Shown piece by piece: positions 16,763-27,273 of a stretch of 64,000 bases of DNA. The stretch spans positions 11,364-75,363 of the forward strand of contig JAZKZH010000023.1 in the NCBI GenBank assembly GCA_045612545.1. Reading direction: 5' to 3'. The notes below the pieces were generated by a model. The model searched no databases and was not told the origin of the DNA. It saw nothing but the letters and a program-made list of their open reading frames with translations. Position numbers and translations under genes: made by a program. Source of the stretch: Eubacteriales bacterium. GTDB taxonomy: Bacteria; Bacillota; Clostridia; Oscillospirales; CAG-382. The first letter of the stretch is position 1. Each line of letters begins with the position of its first letter.

Positions 16763-17851
16763 TTACACCAGCAATCTGCCGATGACGGCGTTGGAGACGC
16801 GGAAGCCTTTTTCCGTCAGGGAGACACGGTCACCCTTGCGCTCCATCAGCCCAAAGGCGATCATTTGCTCCACGGCGGCAGAGGATACCAACGATTCTTC
16901 AATGCCGAAGGAGGTGCGCAGACCTAACATTACGTCTTCTTCCCGGGACTCCGTTTCGTCGATCCGCTCCGCCTTTTTGTAGTCGTTGCACCCCAAAGGA
17001 TCTGCAATGTATCCTGCCAGATCGGGGTGGTTGGAAAACCGCTTGCCGTTCCAATGGGAGTGAGCCGCCGCACCGAAGCCCAAGTATTCTCCCCTCTGCC
17101 AATAGTGGAGGTTGTGGCGGGAATACCGCCCCTCCTTGGCAAAGGAAGAGATCTCGTAATGCTCGTAGCCTGCCTCTCGCGCCTTTTGACACAGCAGGGT
17201 GTATTGCCCTTCCTCCTCCTCTTCCGTGGGGAAGGTGAGGGAGGTTCTTTGGTCAAAGAAGGGGGTGCCCTCCTCCAACTGCAGGGAATACACGGAAAGG
17301 TGGTTGGGCTGTAACCCGAACGCCGTATCTAAGGAAGCGGCAAAGGTCTCCTTGCTTTGCCCGGGGAGGGCAAAAATGAGATCCAAGCTGAGGTTGTCAA
17401 ACCCTGCTTGTCTTGCGTTTTCCACACAGCTTTTCACCATGTCTGCGGTGTGGATCCTGCCCAAGAAGGCAAGCTCCCCATCGCACCCGGATTGCATTCC
17501 GATGGAAAGGCGGTTGAAGCCCGCCTCGCGGACTGCTTGCAGGAAGGGCAGATCCACCGTGCCGGGGTTGACCTCCAAGGTGATCTCCGCGTCCGCACGG
17601 ATGAAGAACCGCGTGCGCAAAAAGTCCAGCATAGCGATCAACCGTCCCGACCCAAACAAGGAGGGAGTGCCGCCGCCGAAATACACGGAGCAGACCTTGC
17701 GATGCTCGGGGAAGGAATCTGCCTGCTTTTGCAGGGCTTGCAGGTAAGCATCCTTGGTTTCCTCTGCCACGTTCGGCAGGGAATAAAAGGCGCAGTAATT
17801 GCATTTTTTGACACAAAAGGGGATGTGCAGGTACAGGGAAATGTCCGTCAT
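16763..17851 (-). CDS. hemW: radical SAM heme chaperone HemW (HemN-like)
   Basis: 362 aa. N-terminal [17 protein letters not shown] contains the CxxxCxxC motif. Overlaps the lepA stop, the usual lepA-hemW arrangement. Confidence 0.85.
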   Translation of the reverse strand: MTDISLYLHIPFCVKKCNYCAFYSLPNVAEETKDAYLQALQKQADSFPEHRKVCSVYFGGGTPSLFGSGRLIAMLDFLRTRFFIRADAEITLEVNPGTVDLPFLQAVREAGFNRLSIGMQSGCDGELAFLGRIHTADMVKSCVENARQAGFDNLSLDLIFALPGQSKETFAASLDTAFGLQPNHLSVYSLQLEEGTPFFDQRTSLTFPTEEEEEGQYTLLCQKAREAGYEHYEISSFAKEGRYSRHNLHYWQRGEYLGFGAAAHSHWNGKRFSNHPDLAGYIADPLGCNDYKKAERIDETESREEDVMLGLRTSFGIEESLVSSAAVEQMIAFGLMERKGDRVSLTEKGFRVSNAVIGRLLV

Positions 17852-19671
17852 GATTCGTCGTCCATTTTGAGAACCGCCATGAACGCCTCGGAGGGTACCT
17901 GTACGGAGCCGAAGGAGCGCATTCTCTTTTTGCCTTCCTTCTGCTTTTCCAAAAGCTTCTTCTTACGGGTAATGTCGCCGCCGTAGCACTTGGCAAGCAC
18001 GTCCTTGCGCATGGCGCGTACCGTCTCGCGGGCGATGACCTTGCCGCCGATGGCCGCCTGCACGGGCAGCTCAAACAGCTGGCGGGGGATGTTGTCACGA
18101 AGCTTTTCCACGATCTTTCTGCCGCGGGAGTAAGCGCGGTCGGCGTGGACGATGAAGGACAAGGCGTCGATCAGCTCGCCGTTGAGCAGAATATCCAGCT
18201 TTACCAGCTCGGACTTGCGGTAGCCCATGGGCTCGTAGTCCAGAGAGGCGTAGCCCTTGGTTTTGGATTTCAAGGTATCAAAGAAATCGTAAACGATCTC
18301 GTTGAGAGGCATTTCGTAGATCAGCTCTGCACGGGTGGTGTCCAGATACTTCATGTCCACGTACACGCCGCGGCGGTCCAGACAGAACTGCATAACACTG
18401 CCCACGTATTCCGTGGGGGTGATGATGGAGGCCTTGACGATGGGCTCGCGAGCCTCGGAAATTCTCTGCGGGTCGGGATAGTTGGAGGGGTTGTCCACGT
18501 GGATGGTCTCGCCGTCGGTAAGCACCAGCTCGTAGATAACGCTGGGGGCGGTGGTGATGAGGTCCAGATTGAACTCTCTCTCCAAGCGCTCGTCGATGAT
18601 CTCCATGTGGAGCAGCCCCAAGAAGCCTGCGCGGAAGCCGAAGCCCAAGGCGATGGAGGTTTCCGGCACAAACACCAAGGAAGCGTCGTTCAGCTGCAGC
18701 TTTTCCAAGGCATCCTTCAGGTCTCCGTATTTACTGCCGTCGGCGGGGTAAATGCCGGAGAATACCATGGGCTGCGCCTTCTTAAAGCCGGGCAGAGGCT
18801 CAGGAGTGGGGTTATTCACCAGGGTCACTGTGTCGCCCACGGTGGTGTCGCCGATGTTCTTGATGCTGGCGGTGAAGTAACCTACCTCGCCTGCCTTCAG
18901 GCAGGCCTTTTTGTCCAAGGAGAAGGCGCCCAGCGTACCCACCTCTACCACGTCAAACTTGGCGCCGGTGTGCATCATCTGCACCGTGTCGCCTACGGAG
19001 AGGGTGCCGTCCATCACGCGGATGTATACCACAACGCCCTTGTAGGAGTCGTAATAGCTGTCGAAGATCAAGGCCTTCAAGGGCTTTTCGGGGTCTCCCT
19101 TGGGGGCGGGGACGTCGGTGACGATCTTTTCCAGCACGTCCTTGATATTCAGACCCATTTTTGCGGAAATGCAGGGAGCGTCCTCGGCGGGGATGCCGAT
19201 GATGTCCTCCACCTCCCGCTTTGCCATCTCCGTGTCGGCGGAGGGCAGGTCGATCTTGTTGATCACGGGAAGGATCTCCAGATCGTTGTCCACTGCCATG
19301 TAGGCGTTGGCAAGGGTCTGAGCCTGCACGCCTTGGGTAGCGTCTACGATCAGCAATGCGCCCTCGCAGGCGGTGAGAGAACGGGAAACCTCGTAGCCAA
19401 AGTCCACGTGGCCGGGGGTGTCGATGAGGTTCAGGTGGTAGGTCTCGCCGTCATCCGCCTTGTAATCGAATCGGACAGCACGCGCCTTGATGGTGATGCC
19501 TCTCTCTCGCTCCAGGTCCATATTGTCCAAGAGCTGTTCCTCGAGATTTCTTTTTTCCACAGCGCCGGTATATTCCAGCAGGCGGTCTGCCAAGGTGCTT
19601 TTTCCGTGGTCGATGTGGGCAATGATGGAGAAATTGCGGATCTTTTTGATGTCGTACATAGTTATGTCCAT
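17848..19671 (-). CDS. lepA: translation elongation factor 4 (LepA)
   Basis: 607 aa. [23 protein letters not shown]1 motif, DTPGHVDF, and the LepA C-terminal domain. Confidence 0.95.
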   Translation of the reverse strand: MDITMYDIKKIRNFSIIAHIDHGKSTLADRLLEYTGAVEKRNLEEQLLDNMDLERERGITIKARAVRFDYKADDGETYHLNLIDTPGHVDFGYEVSRSLTACEGALLIVDATQGVQAQTLANAYMAVDNDLEILPVINKIDLPSADTEMAKREVEDIIGIPAEDAPCISAKMGLNIKDVLEKIVTDVPAPKGDPEKPLKALIFDSYYDSYKGVVVYIRVMDGTLSVGDTVQMMHTGAKFDVVEVGTLGAFSLDKKACLKAGEVGYFTASIKNIGDTTVGDTVTLVNNPTPEPLPGFKKAQPMVFSGIYPADGSKYGDLKDALEKLQLNDASLVFVPETSIALGFGFRAGFLGLLHMEIIDERLEREFNLDLITTAPSVIYELVLTDGETIHVDNPSNYPDPQRISEAREPIVKASIITPTEYVGSVMQFCLDRRGVYVDMKYLDTTRAELIYEMPLNEIVYDFFDTLKSKTKGYASLDYEPMGYRKSELVKLDILLNGELIDALSFIVHADRAYSRGRKIVEKLRDNIPRQLFELPVQAAIGGKVIARETVRAMRKDVLAKCYGGDITRKKKLLEKQKEGKKRMRSFGSVQVPSEAFMAVLKMDDES

Positions 19672-19751
19672 GCCTTTCGTGGTCCGCCGCGCGGACGGCC
19701 TTACGATTGAAAAAGGATCCCTTTTTCAGTGTTTTCTTGTGTCTCAAAAAT

Positions 19752-19788
19752 AAGCGGGGCGGCTCGAATGTTCGAATCCGTCCCGCTT
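19752..19788 (-). terminator. rho-independent terminator of secF
   Basis: Long AAGCGGGGCGG.../...CCGTCCCGCTT stem with a T-run on the minus strand. Confidence 0.65.
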
Positions 19789-19812
19789 GAAAAATGCCGG
19801 GGAAATTTGGTT

Positions 19813-20730
19813 TTACTTGCTCTTCTTGCCGGAAAGCGCGTTCCAGATCATACCGGACAGGAACACAGAGGAGAAGAGACCTGCAAAGATACCAACGATC
19901 AGGGTACCTGCGAAGTCACGCAGGGTATCCAGGTTGGAGGTGGGGAACAGAAGCACTGCAACTGCACAAGCCACGAACACTGCGCCAATGGTCAAAAGTG
20001 TGGTGACGGTGGTGTTGATGGATCTGCCCATGGTCTCGTGGACACTGGTGTTTACGATTTCGCCGAAGGGAGTCTTTTCGTCCTTTCTTCTGTTCTCACG
20101 GATACGGTCGAACACCACGATGGTGGCGTTGATGGAGTAACCCAAAATGGTTAAGAAGGCCGCGATAACGGAAGTGGAAAGGGGAATCTGGAACAGAGAG
20201 TACACAACCATCATAACGAACAAGTCGTGCAACAGACAGCAAACAGCGGCAACACCGGAAGCAAACTGGAAGCGGAACGCTACGTAGATCAGCATTGCCA
20301 CAGCCGCGATGGCTACGGTGATGAGGGTGGTGTACAGCGTTCTGGTACCGATGACAGCGGAGATGTTGTTCATCTGCACCTCGGTGCTGGCGTTTGCATA
20401 CTTCTCGCAAATGACCTTCAGCAGATGGTTCTGCTGATCGGTGGACATTGCGTTCTTGCTTTCGATCTTCACAGAGGTTTCACTGTAGGTGACAGAGGAA
20501 ACGTAATCCTTACCCAGCTCCTTATCGTTCTCAATGAGAGATTTGATGTCGGAAGCGATCTCGGCAGAGGTGGTCTCGCCCAGGTCAACGGTCAGCTCGT
20601 AACCGCCGGTGAAGTCGATATCCAGGTTGAAGCCACGGAGCACGAAGGACAGGATACCCACCAGGAGTACCACGCCCACGATGATCAGAGTGGTCTTTTT
20701 GTTGTTGATAAAATGGAAATTCTTAAGCAT
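19813..20730 (-). CDS. secF: protein translocase subunit SecF
   Basis: Start ATG at 20730 (MLKNFHFINNKK) has GGAGGT 7 nt upstream and overlaps the secD stop (ATGCTTAA). The ORF track starts at 20748. Confidence 0.9.
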   Translation of the reverse strand: MLKNFHFINNKKTTLIIVGVVLLVGILSFVLRGFNLDIDFTGGYELTVDLGETTSAEIASDIKSLIENDKELGKDYVSSVTYSETSVKIESKNAMSTDQQNHLLKVICEKYANASTEVQMNNISAVIGTRTLYTTLITVAIAAVAMLIYVAFRFQFASGVAAVCCLLHDLFVMMVVYSLFQIPLSTSVIAAFLTILGYSINATIVVFDRIRENRRKDEKTPFGEIVNTSVHETMGRSINTTVTTLLTIGAVFVACAVAVLLFPTSNLDTLRDFAGTLIVGIFAGLFSSVFLSGMIWNALSGKKSK

Positions 20731-22036
20731 CTTTCTTACCTCCGCCAATGGGCATATAAGCCTTTACGTTGATGAGGCCCATGCCGACACCGAGGTTCAG
20801 AAGCACACGGGAGATGACCAATGCGGTGAACATGGAGATGATAACACCGATGCCAAGAGTCAACGCGAAGCCCTTGATGGTACCGGAACCGAAGATATAC
20901 AGCACTACGCAGGCGATCATGGTGGTCACGTTGGAGTCCAGAATTGCCCACAGAGCACGCTTGTAGCCGCTCTTGATGGAGAGCTTCACGCTCTTGCCGG
21001 CGCCCAGCTCTTCCTTCATACGCTCAAAGATAACTACGTTGGCGTCAACTGCCATACCGATGGACAGGATGATACCTGCAATACCGGTGAGGGTCAGGTT
21101 GAACTGACCGATGGCCAGAACCAGGAAGAAGATCGCGGTATAAGCAACCAAGGAGATGGAAGCCCAAACGCCGGGGACGCGGTAGTAAATTGCCATGAAG
21201 AGCATGACAAGGATCAAACCAACTGCACCTGCCAGCAGAGAGAGCTGCAGAGCGTCTTCGCCAAGGGAGGCGTTAACGGATTCCATGCTGACCTGCTCAA
21301 GGTTGTACTGCAGAGCACCTGCGTCGATGTTATTTGCCAAAGCTTCTGCCTCGGCAAAGGTGGTGAAGCTGCCGCTGATGACTGCCTTGCCGCCGGTGAT
21401 GCCGGAGTTCTTGTATTCGGAAGAAACGGTGGGGGCGGAAAGCACCTGGCCGTCTACCATAATATCAAGAGTCTTTTTGTTGTTTGCACAGGTCTTGGTG
21501 GCCTCTGCAAACTTCTTTGCACCTTCTGCGGTGAATTCCAGGAACACGGCGATGACTGCTTCGCCGGTGGTCTGGTTGGTGTCGTAGCCTGCCACAGCGC
21601 TTGCTACGTCGTCACCGGTGAGGGATGCCTTGGATTCGCCGTTGATCTTAAACTCCAGCTTTGCGGTCTGCATGAAGTTCAAGGCCTCCTGGGTAGGATC
21701 TTCCACGCTGGGAAGCTCCACAACGATCATGTCGCTGCCGTAGAGATATACCAGAGCTTCGGTAAAGCCTGCGTTATCCAGACGGTTGCGCATAACCTCC
21801 AGCACGCTGTTCATGCCGGAAGAGGTGATGTCGCCACCTTCGTTCTTAGCCTGATAGGTAATGGAAGCACCGCCGGCCAGGTCGAGACCCAAGCGGATGG
21901 TTCCTTCATCAAAAATGCCGTGCAACTGTGTTTCATCGTTTATATAAACGCCGCAGATGGAAAATGCCAGCAACGTCGCAATAACGAGAAGCAACAGGAT
22001 GAAACGGGCAACACTTGTCGCTTTCGTAAAGTTCAT
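20723..22036 (-). CDS. secD: protein translocase subunit SecD
   Basis: 437 aa with an N-terminal TM, a periplasmic domain and a 5-TM C-terminal block. Adjacent to secF. Confidence 0.9.
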   Translation of the reverse strand: MNFTKATSVARFILLLLVIATLLAFSICGVYINDETQLHGIFDEGTIRLGLDLAGGASITYQAKNEGGDITSSGMNSVLEVMRNRLDNAGFTEALVYLYGSDMIVVELPSVEDPTQEALNFMQTAKLEFKINGESKASLTGDDVASAVAGYDTNQTTGEAVIAVFLEFTAEGAKKFAEATKTCANNKKTLDIMVDGQVLSAPTVSSEYKNSGITGGKAVISGSFTTFAEAEALANNIDAGALQYNLEQVSMESVNASLGEDALQLSLLAGAVGLILVMLFMAIYYRVPGVWASISLVAYTAIFFLVLAIGQFNLTLTGIAGIILSIGMAVDANVVIFERMKEELGAGKSVKLSIKSGYKRALWAILDSNVTTMIACVVLYIFGSGTIKGFALTLGIGVIISMFTALVISRVLLNLGVGMGLINVKAYMPIGGGKKDA

Positions 22037-22074
22037 CGTATTACTTACCTCCGAGAGATTACTTTAACATTCCT

Positions 22075-22103
22075 ATTATACACGCAAAAACCCTTTCCGT
22101 CAA
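22075..22103 (-). promoter_or_regulatory. promoter TTGACG-N17-TATAAT for secDF
   Basis: -35 at 22098-22103 and -10 at 22075-22080 (minus strand). Confidence 0.5.
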
Positions 22104-22114
22104 GAGTTTTTTGC

Positions 22115-23008
22115 TTATTTCAAAATATCAATGGCACTTTTTTCAACGGAAATGACGGAATTTTTGCTTTTTCCGCCGTCTTCTCCGTCCAAAGACCAGC
22201 CGAGGGGCTCTGCCGAGAGGATCCGACAACAATGAACCTGCCGCAGGCTGATGTTGGGGTGGTCGATGCTGCCGCCCAAAATCTTGGTTGCGATCTTGCC
22301 TGCTTCCATCAGATCCTGGGGGAATTTGATGAGGAGAAGCTCGAACATACCGTCGTTGAAGTTTACGTTCTTGGCGCCCAGCTTCACGGTTCCTGCCATA
22401 ATGGTGGTGTTGCCGATGCCGCAGAAGATATATTTACCTTCGATAGTCTCGCCGTCGGCGGAGATGGTGAGGTTCAGCGGTCGGATGGAGGTCAGGGACG
22501 GGATGGCGCTCAAGACGTAGGCTGCGTGCCCCATGAGATTTTTCATGGATTGGCTGGTGTTGTAGGAGGTGTCTGCAAAGGCACCGCAACAAGCCACGTA
22601 GGTGAACCGCCGTCCGTTGAAATTGCCCAGATCGTGGGGGGTGGGAGTGCTTTTCAAAATGTTTTCCACGGCGGTGGGGATTTTGGATGAGATCCCCAAG
22701 GAGTTGGCAAAATCGTTGGTAGAACCGAAGGGGATATACCCCAGGGGGATTCTTTTGCCGCTGCGGGCGATGCCCTCCGCTGTGATGTTTAGCGTGCCGT
22801 CGCCCCCGCAGGCCACCACCATGTCGAAGGTGTTTTCCTCCTGCAGCATGGCTGTGATCTGCTCCGTGGTAACGTTGCCTTTTTGGGTGGGAAGTACCGT
22901 CACGGTACAGCCGCCTTGGGAAAAGAGCGTGACGATTTCCAGCAAGTTCCGTTTTGCGGCGCCCTTCCCTGCGATGGGGTTGATGACAAGCAAGGTTTTC
23001 CCGGTCAT
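22115..23008 (-). CDS. diacylglycerol/lipid kinase family protein (YegS/BmrU-like)
   Basis: Start MTGKTLLVINPIAGKG at 23008 has a GGGGG RBS. The GGDGT motif is present. The ORF-track extension to 23206 was discarded. Confidence 0.8.
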   Translation of the reverse strand: MTGKTLLVINPIAGKGAAKRNLLEIVTLFSQGGCTVTVLPTQKGNVTTEQITAMLQEENTFDMVVACGGDGTLNITAEGIARSGKRIPLGYIPFGSTNDFANSLGISSKIPTAVENILKSTPTPHDLGNFNGRRFTYVACCGAFADTSYNTSQSMKNLMGHAAYVLSAIPSLTSIRPLNLTISADGETIEGKYIFCGIGNTTIMAGTVKLGAKNVNFNDGMFELLLIKFPQDLMEAGKIATKILGGSIDHPNISLRQVHCCRILSAEPLGWSLDGEDGGKSKNSVISVEKSAIDILK

Positions 23009-23033
23009 ATAACGACCCCCTTTCATAACAGCC

Positions 23034-23062
23034 ATTCTATCAAATTTGTTGCTTCTTGTCAA
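23034..23062 (-). promoter_or_regulatory. promoter TTGACA-N17-TAGAAT for the lipid kinase gene
   Basis: Exact 17-nt spacing, read on the minus strand. Confidence 0.5.
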
Positions 23063-23106
23063 TGGGGAATTTCGCCGCAAATTATGAACGAAGAGAAACT
23101 TTTCTC

Positions 23107-23135
23107 TTGCAATGGCGGGAAAAGTGTGGTAAGAT
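23107..23135 (+). promoter_or_regulatory. promoter TTGCAA-N17-TAAGAT for the SGNH hydrolase gene
   Basis: Divergent from the lipid kinase promoter. Confidence 0.45.
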
Positions 23136-23174
23136 GAAGCGAAAAGAAAACACTTCGGAAAGGATCTTTGCTTT

Positions 23175-24293
23175 ATGATGTACAACACACCTTTTGCACC
23201 TCCCAAGCCTTCTATGGAGAAGCTGGAGGATCGTGCTTTTTTTGCCGCCGAGGAATTGGGAGAAGCTGCCGAGGACGGCCGTATCTATTTGGAGGCGGGG
23301 AACAGCCCCGTGATCGCTTTGGGCGGAATCACTGCGCCTGCTGAAAACGGCGGGGAGTATTACCGCTTCGACGTGACCAAGAAGGAACAGCTTTCTCCCG
23401 CCAACAAGGGGCTTTCCATGTGCACTGCGGGCGCTTGTGCCCGTTTCATCACCGATGCGGAGACTGTGGTCATCGACGCCAAGCTTCGCGGGGTGCTCTA
23501 CGGCATGAGCCATTTCTGCAACCGCGGGGTTTACGGCTTTGATATGCTGGTGGGCAGCGGCACAGACCGCAAGTATTCCGGTAACATCATGCAGATGTTT
23601 GTGGGCGTGAACGATGCGTTGAAGGATACTATGTATCTTCCCAAGGGCCTCAAGGAGGTTCAGGTCAACTTCCCCTTGTACGGCGGTGTGGAATCTGTGA
23701 AGTTCGGCTTCCCGGCAGGAAGCAAGGTGGCACTCCCTACCAAGCGTGCTTACAAGCCCATCGCCTTCTATGGCTCTTCCATTACCCAGGGCGGTTGCGT
23801 GGGCAGACCCGGCAACTCCTACTGCAACATCGTTTGCCGCGCCTTGGATGCGGATTGCCGCAACTTGGGCTTCTCCGGCTCTGCCATGGGCGAACAGGTG
23901 GTGGCGGAATACATCGGCTCCTTGGAGCTTTCCGCCTTCGTGATGGATTACGATTACAACTCTCCCTCCGAGGAGCATTTGCGTGAGACCCACCGTCCCT
24001 TCTTTGAGACGGTACGTAAAATGCAGCCTGAGCTGCCCATCATCCTCATGACCCACGTGTGGACCTTTGAGGACAGAGAAACGGACTTTAACCGTGTGAA
24101 GATCGTCAAAGAGACCTACGACGCCGCCATCGCCGCAGGGGATAAGAACGTATACTTCATCGACGGCAGCAACTTCTTCCGTGGGCAGATGCGTGACCTC
24201 TGCACCGTAGACGCTCTCCATCCCAACGATCTTGGCCAGTTCATCATGGCCGAGGAGGTCTACAAGACCCTTGCCATGGCGCTGAAGAGATAA
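23175..24293 (+). CDS. SGNH/GDSL-family hydrolase (esterase) with N-terminal beta domain
   Basis: 372 aa. FYGSSITQG (block I Ser), GFSGS, and the C-terminal D..HP motif. Confidence 0.75.
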   Translation: MMYNTPFAPPKPSMEKLEDRAFFAAEELGEAAEDGRIYLEAGNSPVIALGGITAPAENGGEYYRFDVTKKEQLSPANKGLSMCTAGACARFITDAETVVIDAKLRGVLYGMSHFCNRGVYGFDMLVGSGTDRKYSGNIMQMFVGVNDALKDTMYLPKGLKEVQVNFPLYGGVESVKFGFPAGSKVALPTKRAYKPIAFYGSSITQGGCVGRPGNSYCNIVCRALDADCRNLGFSGSAMGEQVVAEYIGSLELSAFVMDYDYNSPSEEHLRETHRPFFETVRKMQPELPIILMTHVWTFEDRETDFNRVKIVKETYDAAIAAGDKNVYFIDGSNFFRGQMRDLCTVDALHPNDLGQFIMAEEVYKTLAMALKR

Positions 24294-24308
24294 GAAGACG
24301 ATCATAGT

Positions 24309-24344
24309 AAAAGAACCTTTCTTTTGAAAAAGAAAGGTTCTTTT
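24309..24344. terminator. bidirectional A/T-flanked hairpin terminator between convergent genes
   Basis: AAAAGAACCTTTCTTT / AAAGAAAGGTTCTTTT near-perfect palindrome. Confidence 0.65.
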
Positions 24345-24387
24345 GAACTCCAAAGAAATCTGTTTCCGAAAACTGTCGTTTTCGGGA
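24338..24387. repeat. 50-nt repeat, copy 1 (contains CCGAAAAC-TGTC-GTTTTCGG hairpin)
   Basis: Identical base for base to 25222-25271. A diverged copy lies at 32871-32910. Confidence 0.95.
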
Positions 24388-24393
24388 AGGGGA

Positions 24394-25122
24394 TCATCCA
24401 TCAACCTCTGGGAGGGTGACGGTGATCTTGTTCAGGTCGCCGATCCTGAGGGTCAGGGTAGCGCCGGTGTCTCCTGCTGCGTCCTCGCTGTAGATCATAT
24501 ACCAGCCTTTCCCCTGATCCAGATAACCCTTTCCGTAAAGGATGTTCTGGACGTCGACGGTGAAGGATTCCTTCATGGGGTAGTGGTTGGTGTCGTCCAC
24601 TTCATAGGAATCGGAGCTGAACAGGGGAGCCAGGGAGCCTCTCAGCCCCAGGGCGTCTTCATCAAATTCCGTTTCCGATACGGACCATTTTCCCTGGTCA
24701 TCGGCGGTATACAGATACGCTTGATCCCCTTCGTCTCTGACGTAGTATTCCGTTTCCGTGACGATCCAACCGCCTTCGGGATCTGCTACGCTGGTGGAAG
24801 TGGAGATAAAATACAGGTTCCCGTCTCTTTGCAGCCTCACCACTGCGGTTCTTTCCCCGGGAATGTTGATCATCAGGAACAGGTAGCCGTTTTCTGCTTG
24901 TTCGTAGGCTTCCAAAACCTCTTCGGGGGTGAGGATCGCGTGTCCTTCTTCGGAAACGGCGTTCTCGGATTGGGTGTCGGAGGAGGTACCGGCTTCCACG
25001 GACGTTGCGGAGGATTCCTGCGGGAGCAGGGAGACACCGGGAGTAGAGGTGTCTTCCGTGGCGGCAGGAGTGCAAGCTACCAGGAGCAGGCTTGCGGCGA
25101 GGAGCAAAAACAGTTTTTTCAT
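24394..25122 (-). CDS. lipoprotein, function unknown
   Basis: 242 aa. MKKLFLLLAASLLLVAC lipobox followed by a T/S/E-rich linker. Confidence 0.65.
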   Translation of the reverse strand: MKKLFLLLAASLLLVACTPAATEDTSTPGVSLLPQESSATSVEAGTSSDTQSENAVSEEGHAILTPEEVLEAYEQAENGYLFLMINIPGERTAVVRLQRDGNLYFISTSTSVADPEGGWIVTETEYYVRDEGDQAYLYTADDQGKWSVSETEFDEDALGLRGSLAPLFSSDSYEVDDTNHYPMKESFTVDVQNILYGKGYLDQGKGWYMIYSEDAAGDTGATLTLRIGDLNKITVTLPEVDG

Positions 25123-25221
25123 AGGTGTTCCTTTCGTTGGTTGGCTTTTATAAATCTACGCTCTTAGTTTACACTAATAAATCAAGTTTGTCAAGGGATT
25201 TTAGAAAAAAACGAAAAACGT

Positions 25222-25271
25222 TTCTTTTGAACTCCAAAGAAATCTGTTTCCGAAAACTGTCGTTTTCGGGA
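25222..25271. repeat. 50-nt repeat, copy 2
   Basis: Perfect direct repeat of 24338-24387, 884 bp away. Confidence 0.95.
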
Positions 25272-25320
25272 GAGCTGCGTTTTGTGCTTGACCGCGCGCA
25301 AGCCATCATTGCCAAGACGT

Positions 25321-25350
25321 AAAAAACACCCCGAGGTTGCCCTCGGGGTG
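25321..25350 (-). terminator. rho-independent terminator of rplL
   Basis: CACCCCGAGG-TTGC-CCTCGGGGTG with a T-run on the minus strand. Confidence 0.8.
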
Positions 25351-25369
25351 CATTTCTTGTAAGTGAAAC

Positions 25370-25744
25370 TTACTTAATGGTGATGGTAGCGCCAACTTCC
25401 TCAAGCTGCTTCTTGAGTGCTTCAGCCTCTTCCTTGGAAACGCCGGTCTTAACCATCTTGGGAGCGCTGGTAACCAGCTCCTTAGCTTCGCCAAGGGACA
25501 GGCCTGCGATGTCCTTAACTTCCTTGATGACCTTCAGCTTCTTAGCTTCGTCGTAAGAAGTGAGCTCTACGTCGAACTCGGTCTTCTCCTCAACTACGGG
25601 AGCTGCTGCTGCGCCGGGAGCTGCTGCAACTGCTACAGGAGCTGCGGAAACGCCGTACTTCTCTTCCAGAGCCTTAACCAGGTCGGAGAGTTCAAGAATA
25701 GTAAGAGTATCGATGAGATCGAGAATCTGCTGGATCTTTTCCAT
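25370..25744 (-). CDS. rplL: 50S ribosomal protein L7/L12
   Basis: 124 aa with an Ala/Pro hinge and the C-terminal [23 protein letters not shown]. Confidence 0.95.
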   Translation of the reverse strand: MEKIQQILDLIDTLTILELSDLVKALEEKYGVSAAPVAVAAAPGAAAAPVVEEKTEFDVELTSYDEAKKLKVIKEVKDIAGLSLGEAKELVTSAPKMVKTGVSKEEAEALKKQLEEVGATITIK

Positions 25745-25786
25745 TTTAATTTTCCTCCAATGTAATGAAATTTTTTTAGAAATTGA

Positions 25787-26335
25787 TTATTCTGCAGAAG
25801 CTTCCTCGGCGGGAGCTGCATCTGCTGCGGGGGCTTCTTCGCCCTCGTTTGCCTTGTCGATGATTGCCTGAATTGCGTAAGCAAAGCCGTACAGAGAAGA
25901 CTGCAGGGAACCCATAAGTCTGCCGATGAGGACTTCCTTGGAAGGAATCTCTGCCAGAGCCTTAACCTCAGCAGCGGTCAGGATCTTACCGTCAACGAAG
26001 CCTGCCTTGATCACGAAATTGTCGTGATCCTTTGCGTAATCGTTCAGAATCTTTGCGGGAGCGATCTGGTCATCAGAGAGAGCCAGAGCGGTGTTGCCCT
26101 CGAGAACGTTCTTCAGCTCGGTGTAGCCCAACTCGTCGCAAGCACGTGCGCACAGTGCATTCTTAACGACTGCATACTGAACGCCTGCTTTTCTCAGGTC
26201 AGCGCGGAGCTTGGTATCGTTCTCAACAGTGATGCCCTTGTAGTCTACAAGAACGCCGCTGCTTGCGTTTCTCATCTGTTCTGCCAATGCGGCAACGATT
26301 TGCTGCTTTTGCTCGATGATTTTTGCGTTTGCCAA
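25787..26335 (-). CDS. rplJ: 50S ribosomal protein L10
   Basis: TTG at 26335 (MANAKIIEQKQ) has GGAGG 7 nt upstream. Alternative ATG at 26350. Acidic A/P/E C-terminal tail. Confidence 0.9.
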   Translation of the reverse strand: MANAKIIEQKQQIVAALAEQMRNASSGVLVDYKGITVENDTKLRADLRKAGVQYAVVKNALCARACDELGYTELKNVLEGNTALALSDDQIAPAKILNDYAKDHDNFVIKAGFVDGKILTAAEVKALAEIPSKEVLIGRLMGSLQSSLYGFAYAIQAIIDKANEGEEAPAADAAPAEEASAE

Positions 26336-26497
26336 AACTTTCACCTCCATTAAGTTATAAGAAAGAATGCTCCTCCGCAGAGCGAAGGAGCATAAAGACG
26401 TACAAATAAATGTGTCTTGCTTCTCCTCGGCGGGTGACGTGAAACACGCTTTTATACCGTAAAAGGCACCTGCTGTCTGCGGATTTGCTTAAAAACC
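26336..26497 (-). promoter_or_regulatory. rplJ (L10) leader with attenuator-like hairpin
   Basis: ~160-nt untranslated leader between the promoter and rplJ. GCTCCTTCGCTCTGCGGAGGAGC hairpin followed by a T-rich tract. The position matches the Firmicutes L10 leader. Structure was not modelled. Confidence 0.45.
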
Positions 26498-26503
26498 TCG
26501 GAG

Positions 26504-26532
26504 AGTATAGCACATAAAATGCTGTTTGTCAA
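26504..26532 (-). promoter_or_regulatory. promoter TTGACA-N17-TATACT for rplJL
   Basis: -35 at 26527-26532 and -10 at 26504-26509 (minus strand). Confidence 0.55.
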
Positions 26533-26563
26533 GAGGTTTTTCGCGTTTTTTTCAGAAAAATGT

Positions 26564-27259
26564 TTAGCCGGAGATCTTTGCGGTGTTGATCTTCACGCCG
26601 GGGCCCATGGTAGAGCTTACTGCGCAGGACTTGATGTACTGGCCCCTTGCAGCGGCGGGACGAGCCTCCACGATTGCGCCCATGAGAGCGTCGAAGTTCT
26701 CAGCCAGCTTTTCTTTGCCGAAGCTTACCTTACCGATGGGGCAGTGGATGATGTTGGTCTTGTCCAGACGGTACTCGATCTTACCTGCTTTAGCCTCGGT
26801 AACTGCTTTTGCGATATCCATGGTAACGGTGCCGGCCTTGGGGGAGGGCATCAAACCCTTGGGACCCAAAACCTTACCCAAACGACCGATGACACCCATC
26901 ATGTCGGGGGTAGCGATAACAACGTCGAACTCGAACCAGTTCTCAGAAGTGATCTTCTGAACCATGTCCTCTGCGCCAACGTAATCTGCGCCTGCTTCCT
27001 GAGCGGCGGTAGCCTTGTCGCCCTTAGCGAAAACCAGGGTGCGAACGGTCTTACCGGTACCGTTGGGAAGAACAACTGCGCCTCTGACCTGCTGGTCAGC
27101 GTGACGGGAGTCAACGCCCAGACGAACGTGGAGCTCAACGGTCTCGTCGAACTTAGCCTTGGCGATCTCACAGATCAGGCCAAGAGCCTCGTTGCTTTCG
27201 TAAAGTTTTGCCTTGTCGATAGCGGCAACGGCAGCGTTATAATTCTTGCCTCTCTTCAT
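26564..27259 (-). CDS. rplA: 50S ribosomal protein L1
   Basis: 231 aa. [10 protein letters not shown]... with the typical L1 sequence. Confidence 0.95.
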   Translation of the reverse strand: MKRGKNYNAAVAAIDKAKLYESNEALGLICEIAKAKFDETVELHVRLGVDSRHADQQVRGAVVLPNGTGKTVRTLVFAKGDKATAAQEAGADYVGAEDMVQKITSENWFEFDVVIATPDMMGVIGRLGKVLGPKGLMPSPKAGTVTMDIAKAVTEAKAGKIEYRLDKTNIIHCPIGKVSFGKEKLAENFDALMGAIVEARPAAARGQYIKSCAVSSTMGPGVKINTAKISG

Positions 27260-27273
27260 CTTAAGAGCCCTCC

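Noticed and set aside
19752-19788. tRNA-like GTTCGAATCC T-loop motif inside a hairpin, considered as a possible tRNA fragment or att remnant.
   Set aside because: No D or anticodon arms and no proper T-stem. The sequence folds as one long stem followed by a T-run directly after secF, so it is simply a terminator.
24338-25271. An integron-type gene cassette with attC sites was considered.
   Set aside because: No intI integrase or attI is present. The cassette carries its own promoter, and the 50-mer is much more regular than attC sites. It is kept as an unexplained repeat finding instead.
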